From the NCBI GenBank assembly GCA_030248215.1, contig JASANG010000266.1, forward strand, positions 124,001-188,000: a stretch of DNA of 64,000 nucleotides. The letters are read 5' to 3'. Below are positions 26,121 through 38,300 of this stretch, one piece after another. Both the position numbers and the translations under genes were made by a program. Every line of letters begins with the position of its first letter. The stretch's first letter is position 1. The stretch is from Enoplolaimus lenunculus. Its lineage: Eukaryota. The notes beneath the pieces are model-generated. The model worked only from the letters and a program-made list of their open reading frames with translations, did no database searches and had not been told where the DNA came from.

Positions 26121-26699
26121 CTGTAGTGACCCGAATAAGAGGGCCTATGTAAAGATCAGGGGCGGAACGTTTTTCTGTAGGACTGCGAAAGAGTAAGCTA
26201 CAGCTTAAGACTAACTTTTTTGCTTGGCTTAGGCTTAGGCTTAGGAATATGCTCATTCTTTACGCTTAGGCTTACGCGTAGGCTTAGGCTTAGGAATATG
26301 CTTATAATACTGCACCGCCACTGTTCTTTACATTGGCTAATAAGAGGAGCGACTGATATTTATTTGGCCTCTCCAGACTGTACCCCCATTCAGTTACGTA
26401 CTGTTATTTACTTTTAACCAGCTTTCCACCGCCCTTCGTTACTGATATTTTGATGCAAGGTAGGCGTTAGGACTGTATATACTTTAAACTTAAGCATGCT
26501 TTAATGTTGTGAGTTCAACTTTTTTTGGTCCTGGACTCTTTATGCACTGAAATTGGGGATAATTGACATTTATAGACCCTAATTACGCATTAGGGACTAT
26601 ATCCGCTTACGGGCTCTTATTAAGGATACGGACTCCAATTGATTGGGACTCAAAATGGGGAGCCCCCCTCTTATTACCACTCTATTCGGGTCAGCACAG
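26121..26699. mobile_element. TA-flanked MITE, second copy, hosting the TTAGGC MITE
   Basis: TA|CTGTAGTGACCCGAATAAGAG...CTCTATTCGGGTCAGCACAG|TA; interior is the reverse complement of 24346-25086. Confidence 0.75.
26142..26338 (+). mobile_element. GGCC-ended MITE with TTAGGC repeats, nested in a TA-flanked MITE
   Basis: TSD AATAAGAG at 26134-26141 and 26339-26346; homologous to 23240-23442. Confidence 0.85.
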
Positions 26700-29376
26700 T
26701 AATTATTTGTCATAAAGCCTTAGGGCATGCTTTTTTAATGATTACAGAAACTCAGGACACCTGTATTGCAACCTACATGACGTCCACCACGTCCAGAAGT
26801 TGGCGGGGCAGCGGTGATTCCCATTCGCATCCCCATGAACATTTTTCGCGGTGTGGGGTGGGTTTGAAAATTCTTGCCCGACAGATTCCTGAAATTTTCA
26901 CTACCCACCGAAATTGCCGGAACCTCCTGTAAAAATCCTACTGGAGCCGGAGCCGTTGCCGGAAATCGATTTCAGCCGGAGCTGTAGGCAGACCTCCGTT
27001 CTCAGTTATCCCTTAAGTAAGAGTAATACAGCCCAGGTCATCTGAAGCACTTTTTCTCACTATCAAACCGCACGTAGTTTCAACTATAGTGATTCAATCT
27101 TAACATTGATTACAATGATAACAGTACGCAACATTTCATATTTTAACTGAAAGTTTTAGAATCGAAATCGATCTAAATATGGTTAAAAATATTAAATTTA
27201 AATAATGTCGCAATGTTTTTAGTTTTTTTGCGATAAGCAGTACTGGCCGGCCTGTTCCTGGCCGGTGCACAATACTAAATACTGAACTAGAAGGTGTAAA
27301 TTTGTGTGTGTGTGGTGTCTACAACCGTCTGTTTCAAACAGCGAGCAAAAAAATTATTGAGAACTTTTTATTTTTGTCGAATTCGGCAATGGCGGTGAAA
27401 TGAAGAACTTAATGAAGGAGCGCATTCCCAAATTTTATTAAATCTTCAAAAACCAAAAAGCTATCTGAGCTCGATAATGGTTCGGCACAAGTTTATCACG
27501 CAGACAAACGTGGACATGAAACCATCAACTAAGCAAATATCGTTTAAATGTGACTATAGTCAGGTTCGGCGAAAATGTCAACCAAACCGCACCTAATGTG
27601 GGGCCCTGTCTTGTTAAACCAGTTTTTTTCACGGATCAAGAAGTTTTTTATAGAGCTGTGAAAAATTTGTTGGCCCTTCTCGGACCTGTTTGGAAGACGA
27701 CTGTACTAACGCCGGTCCTGAATAGCGTTCAAGGTCCCGTTTGTTTAATTGCTGCGAAGCACAAGAAATTTACTGTAGTGCAGACACCCGAATAGAAGGA
27801 CTAATATTTAATATTTGGCCTTTCCAGGGGGCACCCTCAGGTATTCGGTTACGGACTATTATTTATTTTAACGCACGCTCCGCCACCCTTCGTTACTGAT
27901 ATATTTCCGGTACTGCAATTATCGTTGAATTAAATGTTTGTCTTGTATTAAAAGTTGAGTGATAATGCAAGGTACCACTTAATAGGCATGTATTTTCAAA
28001 ACTGTATGTTTCGAACCAACTTTATTTGGTCCTGGAGTTATTTATACACTACAATTACAGATAATTGACCTTTATGGACTCTAATTTAGGAACTCTATCC
28101 GCTTACGGACACGTATTAGGAAAACGGACACCTACTGTTGGGATTCAAAATGGCGAACCACACTTATTAATACCCGTCCGGTATTTTTTATTTTTCCAGT
28201 TTAGCCACCACATCAGTACGTATTACGAGCAACGTAGCTCATGTTGATTTTTTCATGTGTTCTAAAATTTGGCCTCGATTGGTGTGGGCCCCGGTCCCTT
28301 GCCCGGTAAAAATATCATGTCTCCTGGGTGACTTTAGCTTGTATATAACTCAAATTAGGCGAGTAACGTATGTATATTTCACCTGTATATAATATGGGTT
28401 GTGTTGCACAGTATTGTGCAGTTAGCCTACTTTTTCACAAGGGTTAGTTTGAAAACCAATTGGCTACACCCTGAAAATGCAAACATAATTTTTTAACATT
28501 TTTCATGGTAGCGTTGTTTCAGTTTCAGTAACTTGAGGGCGTAGGACTGGAAGTTAAAAAATGGCGCCGGCTTATGGCAACATTGATTAATAAGCAGCAA
28601 TATTTATTAAAAACCTTAGACTTAATAAAGTTAATGCTACAAAATTTTAATAAAATATTCACTCAATGTCAAAATAGAACTTAGGTCAGGTTCTTCAGCC
28701 CAAAAATAAGAGGATTTTGCTTCACTTTGCGACTCTGGCAAATTTTAAACGACCTCCGGTTCAATAAATTTAGAAAACATGGTTTCAACAATAATCCTGG
28801 ATTATTATCGTATACTAAAATTAACGAAAAGGTTTTTTCGAAACTTGCTGTTTGCATTGCTCAGCTAGACTGTGAAGTTTAACCTTTACACACTTAGCTA
28901 GGGTAAAAATTGTTAACGATTGGGTTCTAGGGCAATCAATGGTATTGCCACCGGGCAGGAAACAAAATATTTGTTAAGCGAGCTTAAAACACAGTAAACA
29001 CAATAGGTAACAGTCCGGTTAACAATTGTTGTTTGCAATTTCGTTAAGAACAGCGGCGTTCTGCCTCTCGTTGGAAGCTTGAAATATATGAAAGTTACTT
29101 CTCTTAAGTGCTGGCATTCAACATATGTACTTAACTGTATTTTATATTTATATACATTGTTTTGTATGTTATACTCATGTATGCTGGATTTAGTAATATA
29201 TCTGCTATGCTTGATGTAGATACACTTATGCAACCTACGTTTGGAGTCTCAGGCTTGTGTAGCAAATGATTTGATTTTGTTTAAAATCAAAGTTTAGGCT
29301 GAAGGTAATTTCGAGACCAAGGGAATTGTAGTCCTACCTGGCTGCCTTCTGGTTTGAGTCGACTTTATATTGATCG

Positions 29377-32300
29377 ATGAAAATGCCAGTTGCCGGTGCA
29401 TCGTCGTTGAAAGATCCTGAGGTTGCGTCTCTTTTTTCAATTGAAGACCCCGAGAATCGCTTCGTTGATTTAAAGGAAATCGGTCATGGCAGTTTTGGTG
29501 CTGTTTATTTTGTAAGTATTGACTAGTGTTTCATGCGGGGTGGCATCTACTCTGTGACATGCGTATGCTTGGAGGTAAAATGAAACCTCATGCAAATGCT
29601 GCACATCGGTAAAACGTTGATTCATATGTAGTGCCTTCATGCGCAAAAGCGGTAAAACATGGAAGAACCAAGATACATGTGTACGCTGAGGTTCTTGTAC
29701 GTCATAAAAACAAAAACTCTGCTGTTGATTGTGTGATTGTGAGGGACGTTTCCAGGTTTCGAACTCGGTCGACAGATTATCAGTCCAACGCGCTAACCAC
29801 TGAGCATACCGCTTCACAATCAACTGCTGAGTTTTTCTGTTTTTATACTTTACAAGAGCCTCAACGTACACATGTATCTTGGTTTTTCTATGTTTTTATT
29901 GCTTTTGCATATGAAGGCATTATATATGCATCAACGTTTTACCGATGTGCAGCATTAGCGTGAGGTTTCATTTTACCTCCATGCATCCGCATGTCACATA
30001 TTCCAGGGTAATTTTTTGCCGGACCGTAGCAACTTTTAACATAACTGCTTGCATTGACTACATAGTAGCTTGTGCTTGCTTAGCTTAATCGCAAATCACA
30101 AACTTTGGTTCTAACGAAATTTGGTTCGATATTCTGTTCGTGTTAACCCGTCAGGGTAAAACGTCCGTTCAAAATGTTTATAGAATGGTAGCAGTTGATT
30201 TTATCTCGTTGAAACAGTAATAGTTAAGCATTAAAATTTTTTTTTCATTGGTAGTGCTAGGAATTATTTTAATTCTGATACCTTTTCTTACATTTAGTTA
30301 CTTTTGGAACTTTGCCAAAACCTTTTTCATGAAATTTTGTAAAAAATGTTAGTTTTATTTATTGCTTTAAAACATAGCTATTTTTCGTGTTCATATTCAT
30401 ATTCATGTTTTAGGCTGTCGACTCGGCAACTCGGGAAGTTGTAGCAGTTAAAAAGATGGCATATTCTGGCAAGCAACACATGGAGGTACAGCTTTGTATT
30501 TGTTTCGTATAGCTTGCATTTTAATGCTGCTGTTTTTTTACTTGTCGAGCTATCAGTATCGGTGAAATAATAAGCTTCGGAATTGAAGTCGCTTCAAAAT
30601 ATCTAGTATTTTGACGCAGTTTTATATTTGGAACCATATTAACCACAAATATCCGGTATCCGGTGGGTTTATACCGGGTTCGGATGTCGGATTTTTCCGC
30701 ATATTAAACCAGAACCGGATATCCGATCGATCCCTGGTCTGCACGTCTGAATGGGGTTTATGTGTATTTGACAACGAATAAATATTTTGCTTTTCAGAAA
30801 TGGGCTGATATTATAAAAGAAGTTAGATTTATACGCCAACTTACGCATCGGCACATTGTCGAGTACAAAGGCTGCTATCTCAAAGAGCATACCTGCTGGG
30901 TAAATATTTTTGATTTGCTTAGTTCTTTTAACAAAGGAGGCATGTCTTCGGAGGTCAGCTGCAATTCCGATTTTTCAACCGTGTTGCCTACTTTAAATGT
31001 ATCTAAACATTTCAAAAGTTAAATATATGTAGGTAATTCCAAACCTTGCACCTACGACTACAAAGGATTGGCCGGATATTAGTTTTACCGGATAACGGAA
31101 CTGCATGGTGACCGGATGCAAGACCTAAAATTATGCATTGTTGGATTGGAAGTATTTGAGACGTGCAAAAATACTTGTTTTACAGCAAAATATGCGGTAT
31201 TTCCAGTTGTAAAATCAGATTTATGATCGGTCGATCCCTGAGCTGAAACGGGGCGGCCATATACTTAGTGGCAATAATTTAATCCAAAATAGTGTTTATT
31301 TTCTGCATGTCGCGTCTCGAAATTAAAAGCTATCAATTAGTTGTGTTTAGGGATCTTGTCTAATTTTTGATAGCGGTTACGAAAGAAACTAGTGCTTTTG
31401 AAACATTTCTTGTATTTCACGTAAGCAGCGTTATCTTGGCTGAATTTGAACATTTTAGCAATAAATCCCGGTCGCATTTGTCATTTTTAACGAAAAGGTC
31501 CTACAGATATTGTGTTTTAGCTTGTAATGGAATATTGTGTTGGATCCGCCGCCGATATTATTGAAGGTATACTTGAAATTTTCCTTTTCATTACTGAAGT
31601 AAATATGATACAATAATTTGCCCTTAGTAATAGGTAATCCTCTAAATTGTAACCAACTTCTTTTAAGTTGGAGCAGTACTGAATTCGGTGTTGCTAATGT
31701 TTGAAAACTATATATAAGTCTAATGCGGTAATGTTGTTATTGAATGTTGTGTGTTTAGTTGCTATTTGTTTTCAATTCCGAACAGTGAAACCAGCACTGA
31801 GCTCTAGGGGTTCATTATCCACAGTTTTCGTGAGAATCGGCTTTGAACTAAGAAATATTCCTGGCGTAAGGCGGTGCGTGTGATCATAATTTTGGTATAG
31901 ATATACTACGTACAGCTGAACTAATGAATTTTGAAACCAGTGCTCTGTAAAACTTCCTTCATCCTTCCTTCAGTTTTAAACCAATGAACCCGTATGCTTC
32001 ATCAATCCTGTATCCGTAATCGCTTGTAATGTGTTAATTTGAACAATTTCAGTGCAAAAGAAACCGTTGCTAGAAGTTGAAATTGCCGCAATGTGCTCAG
32101 AAGTTCTTCAAGGCCTTATTTATTTACACAATCTTGATCGTATTCATCGGGATATCAAGGTTGTTTTTGATTTAAGACATACGTAATAGATATTATATGA
32201 ATGTTTAAACCGGAAGCTTAATTTTGTTTTAGTTTACGCTAGAGTCGCATCCGAGTACGGGTATTCTGGTTATTTCGGGTATTTTCCCCAAAAAAATCCG

Positions 32301-35300
32301 CGTCCTGGTGTTAACTTTGAATGGGATGGTGGTTACCGCACTCGGCGAAACATCAAACGGCTTGCTCCGGTTCAACATGCTAATCGAAATTTTGCCCCGC
32401 TCAAAGTTCGAGACTTAAATCGATGAGAAACGCCCAGTTATGTATGTCCAAAAACATAAGTATTGACTATAGGAGTCATATGAGCGTTCATGATGGTGCC
32501 TCCTACCACTCTCAGGGCAAATCGCTTTGCGCAAAATTTTTTTTGATGCCATCTTTGGAGTTCCCTCAAGGCCATCCTCGCTTCTAAAAGATATATGAAG
32601 ACAAAATCTGCGTCAACTGCTTGTCCTAAAATTTTATGTCTTTATAGAAATGTTAGGTTATCGTTCAGGACTACATTATGCAAAGTTCCGGGTTCGGGTC
32701 TAGCTCTCGGTATTTTAGTCATTCCAGAACCGTGTTTTTATTGGGAAGCATTCAGGGTTCGGATCCGGTTTTCGGTTTTTTATATTCGGAGTCCGGCTTT
32801 CATTTTGATTTGTTGCAACTTTAGTATACATACGTACGCATATTATCACTTGCGGTTTTCTTTAGCGTTAATTGAAGGTATTATGCAGTTTATAAGATTT
32901 ATTGTTGCGCTTCATAATTTAAAACTTCAGTATCTCCAAGCTTAAAATGTTTGTTTAAAGCTATAGTTTTATGTTTTGTTTTCTCTTTTAGGCTGGTAAC
33001 ATCTTGCTCACGGACCAAGGCGTGGTCAAACTTGGTTAGGCTGATGTTTATTACGTATATGTTACAATTTTTGTTTGTGTTTCTATTAGAACTGACTGTT
33101 TCCACGATTTTCGATGTCCCACAGAAAGAACTCGGAACCGTATAGTAAAATATCTAATTGGAGCCGGACAATAACTAAGTATTTCAGTAAAAGCAAACGT
33201 TGTCATTTTAACTCTTTCGTGTTTGCCAAATATTACGAACATTACGTATCCTTGAGTATAGATCTTTATAGAATTTTTGCTGTCTCAATACTACAGTAAA
33301 CATTGTTGTTGTACGCACAGGTGACTTTGGAAGCGCCTCGTTCAGCTCACCAGCGCAGTCGTTTGTTGGAACACCATACTGGATGGCACCAGAAGTGATT
33401 TTGGCGATGGATGAAGGCAACTACGACTGTCGTGTAGACGTTTGGTCGCTTGGTATTACATGCATTGAGCTGGGTATGATGAACACTTGTGTTTAAAAAT
33501 GGAAATGACACTTCGCACAAATTTTTTCGGGGGGGCGCCGCCTTCCTATTTTTGTAACTAGGATATTAATTGAAACAGCAATAAGATCATTGGTTATGTT
33601 TCGACCGACTGCAGGCTGGAATTTTTTTAATTGAAAGTATTTCATATTCCATTTGAAGCATGAGGGCTGTATGGGTAGCGATTCGTATAGTTATAGTGGA
33701 ACACTACTTGTTTAAACTGGTTTTTGAAGCACACTTAAATCATTCCGCTGAGACACGACGACGTTTATAATTCTAGGTGAACGCAAACCACCATTGTTTA
33801 ACATGAACGCCATGTCTGCACTATATCATATTGCACAAAATGACGCGCCTTCTCTGTCTGCAGCCAGTGCCCCTGGAGAAACAAACTGGTCGCCGAACTT
33901 TCGGAATTTCGTCGATGCATGTCTCGCCAAAGAGCCCAAGCAAAGGCCGACCTCGCAGGATTGTAGCTTGGTAAGCACTAGACCATTGCATTTAATTAAG
34001 ATAAATGAAATGGCATTTTGGTTGGTTTTCGTCCAAAACAAAACTTTCCGCTTTGCGGTAAAAACGGTAGGAATGATTCAAATCCGAAGTATGTAATAGC
34101 AATTCCTCAATGGTTTTTGGCGTTGAGCATATAATTTTAATTTTTTCACTTTTTTAATTATGATGTGGTGATACCAAAATTTTTGGCTATGGCGGTTCTT
34201 TCTTTTCAATTAATTTTTTCAAACACATCAAAAGAGCTGACACACTGATATGCGCCCAGAAATGAAACGGATAGCATTCCAACTCACTGTTATCTGTGCA
34301 AAAAGTATCGGCAAAGAATCGGTAATTTTTTGGCTGTGCCGATATTCACGAAAAGTGCCGATTATTACCAGGATGGTCAGTCTGGGTCTTGGGATTTAAC
34401 TGGCCTCGGTCTCGCTTTTTTCAGTGTATTTACGCATTTCGCCTACCAACACAGACAGCGAACGATCATGGAGCATCGCTACCTGTTTATACAGCGCAGC
34501 GATTTGACAAACTGAATGACCCCTGTGGTTACCCAAAATTCTATTTTTGAAAGAAAACACAAAACACTTTGATTTTATTGACACAAAGCACAAATTGATG
34601 CATTTTCGCGTTTAAAACATTTAAGGGATCGTTCAAAATTATGGGTCATCCGTATTTTTAACGTCACGCTATGTTAAAAAATTTTCCAGTCTATTCGGTT
34701 TACCCTGGAGCAAAAACAACACTATAGCCCTGAATTCGGGATTGTACCGAGGGTGTTTTGAAATAATGTTTTTGTCCCGAGCCTATTCGAAGGATATGGC
34801 GACAGTAGCCAAGTGAAAAATAAAGATAACCCCTTCTCACATAGAGATGACTATAGGCAACTCAGCGCAGAGTATATACGTTAAATAGTATATTACACAG
34901 TGTTTAACAATTGCAACACGTATACATAGTACTAAATCACCACAAGACGGGAGAGTCCCCTCGGGCTCGAGCGTCAAGCTCCTATAGCTAAGTGGTGATG
35001 GTAAACGCCTCCCATTCCAGTCACTGGAGTTCGAATCCTAGCGTAAAAGTAGGTCTCAGATGAAATAGAAAATATCCATGTGATTAAGGGTTAAGCGAAA
35101 AACTTTTTAGTTCACTATCTATAACCCCTTCTCACATAGAGTTGACTATGAGTCACTCAGCGCAGTGTATATACGTTGAATAGTATATATCGCATAGTGT
35201 TTAACAATTGCAACACGTATACATAGTACGAAATCACCACAAGACGTGAGAGCCCGTTCTCGAGCGTCAAGCTCCTATAGCTGAGTGGTGATGGTAAACG

Positions 35301-38300
35301 CCTCCCACTCTGTCACTGGAGTTCGAATCCTAGCATAAAAGTAGGTCTCAGATGCAAAAATATTCATGTGAAAAAGGGTTAAAAACAAATTGTGACGGCG
35401 ACTTATTAGTTTAATTGTACGAAGCGGCAATTCAAAGCAGATAAAAATATCCAAAAAGTCATGTTAAAAGCCTTATTTTTATTTTCGGTAACGGTTGACA
35501 ATTGATCGAGACCGAGACCAAAAGTCTCGGTTCGGTAGGTTGGGTCTCTGTCGGTTGGGTCTCGGTCTCGCTTTTTCGACGGAGAACGCCCATCCCTGAT
35601 TATTACCGATGCCGATTAATCGGCACATCTCTAGTTTTTAATCGCGGCCTATCACAGTTAAAAACTAAGCGTCGTTCTTGTTATTATTAAATTTACTTTA
35701 TTTTAAGCATCCGTTTATTAGCCACGTTCGGTCATCGTCACAAATACTACTCGATCTTGTCTTGCGGTGTAAAGATCTAGTTCAAAACATTGATAATCGA
35801 CAGTATCGCAAAATGTGGAAACTTTTCTTGAGCGATGAACGGTCACCAAGCAGCCAGTCGTCTGGTGCTGCCACTCCCGGGTCCAGAGGATCGTCTTCAG
35901 TATTGAACAGTCTTGGTGGGCCACTTGGAACAAGTGAAACGTCATCGCTTGATTCTGAAGATGTAGATTCAGTGGTATGTTTTTTAAATGTAAAGTTACT
36001 GATTTTCGTATAGTTAGTAGCATACTTTATGTTTTGTTTAACCGTAAACATTGAAGGACTTTTGTCAAATTGTTGTTAAATTTGAGAAACTCTGTAATTA
36101 TGGCTTTTGTTAAATACTGTTGTTTTGTGATAACTTAATATTCCTGTTATTGCTGTTTGAATAATTATAATTTTTGCTCGTAGAGTATCGATTTGTTATT
36201 TCAGGAAGATGAGTTGGGTAGTGGAAGCTCAACGACCAATTCACTTGCGTCATTAGACGCACCTCCATTGCCACCGGCTCGACTTGCAGCCGCAGACGTG
36301 AGCCAGGATCGACATCAACCTCCTCCGCTTCCACCTAGGCATTATCGCGAAAGTGCTCCTCCTGGAACTCTTCCTACAGTACTTATCAGTAGTGCAGTGT
36401 CAAATAAACCTCAGCTGCCGCTTGTTGCCCCACCGGCCACACCCCCGCCTTTTGATAGCGGATTAAGTTCGTATCAGAAGCCAAGTGGTGTACAATTGGT
36501 TGAAAATAGAGATGGGTCAAGTGACAACGATGCACGGGAAGTTTCAGGTCTCGAGGCAGACTCAAAGATGCCCATCAAAGACCTCGGAAGTCAGCGTGGT
36601 CTGTACTATCATCCATCAACAACTGGACAGTTACAAGGAGATGACTCTGAACTTCCTCAGGCCAGTTCATTGCTGACTGCAGGCAGCAAGAGTACAGAAA
36701 CGACTAGGTCTGAAAATAGGTCCAATGAAAATTACGTTCATGGTCCTTCAATTAACATACAGGGAGGGTCCATACCTTCTGAGCTGCAGTCACATCGTTC
36801 AAAAGACGTATCTATGCAAGGAAATGCTTTGACAGTTACACAGAACTCTCCTTCGGCGTCTATCGGAGCTGCAGCAGTAGCGTCAAATATTCAACGTATC
36901 TCTAGCACTAGAAGTATAAAGGTGAGATTTTGCAGGTTTTTTCATGTTTAATTTTTCTGCAATTTCTGGATGTATTCATCGAGTGGAAAGTGATAAACAT
37001 TTGGGATGCATTTGTCTTGTTTTTTTAAAATTTCTTTTTGTCTCTTATGAGTGATGTATGAATGAAACATTGGTAACTTTTTGCTTGATAAATTTTCAGG
37101 AACTTTCTGTGGGTGTGTGTGCATGCCAAAAATTAGTGTTTCGTATATGGGCTGCCCTCTAACGCTGCAAACTATCATGGGATACGTATGTATTCGTATT
37201 TCTTTAAAGTCATGTGTTATTTTATGAAGTGTTTATTGTTTCAGAGTCTTTCTGTACGCCGTGCTCAGTTTGCGACAATCCGACCTGTGAAAGCTGTTCA
37301 ACGCGAAGCTGACGAACATGCAGCGGACGCAGTTGGCATGCAACAACTGACTGATTATAAACGTCTACGCCGCACCCAGCACAAGGAAATCAAACAGGTT
37401 GGAATTGTTAATATTATATAACTGACATCTGGGACTTTTTTTGGAAATGACTCTGGCTTCAACCCAGTTAATCTGATGAGTGGAAATAGTCATTTACGAT
37501 CGAGAAGAAGTTTTGACATCTTTGTATCAGCGAGTTAGTAAAAACCTGTAAAAGTCTTTAAGTTGAAATAGTAAAGAAATGAAAAGTAGCGTAATGCCAG
37601 ATGCAATTTTTTGCATAGTACATTCGGCCTGTGTTCAGTTGTAGAGTCCTGTCGACTGTGAGATTGGCAACTGGGACACTTAGAACGGTGCATAACATTT
37701 TAATTACACGTAGTGTATATATTTGATAGGAAAGCCAAAAAATATTCTAAGTTGTCTTCCATTATGTTTTCGGAATCGAGACAGAAAAGTTGAAGTATTG
37801 AAAAGATTACTGTAACGTCGTAAACTCTGCCAAAGCTGTTAGCATCGGTTCGGTCTCAGCACACCCATATTCAGTTGATATTGGGTTGTAACCCAAATAT
37901 AAATTATACCAGTCGTAGTGGGACTACATTTATCGAGCGAAGCTCGAGCACACGTAAGCAATTAAGGTAATATGCAGATCAGTTGTTAGCTAACTATTCA
38001 TTATCGGTTTTGGAGGTTTGTAAGCAATTTCCTCAGATTCCTCGCACCCAAAAACCTTCATTAAACCCTAATAATTATTGAAATAATTTAAAAATCCTAG
38101 TTTTGTCTCGTCAATTAAGCTAATATGCAAGTCAGCTATTAGCTAACTATTCATTTATCGGTTGTGGATGTTAGTAAACTATTTATTCAAATTCCTCGCA
38201 CCTAAAAACCCTTTAGTGCTGAAATTTTATTGCTTTTAACCTTAATAATTAGTGAAATATTGTAAAAAGTCCTAATTTAGGCTTATAAACTATGCTAATA

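Noticed and set aside
37453..37510. CTGATGA motifs as hammerhead ribozymes or C/D snoRNAs (also 16717, 18142)
   Set aside because: No properly placed GAAA core, stems or D box.
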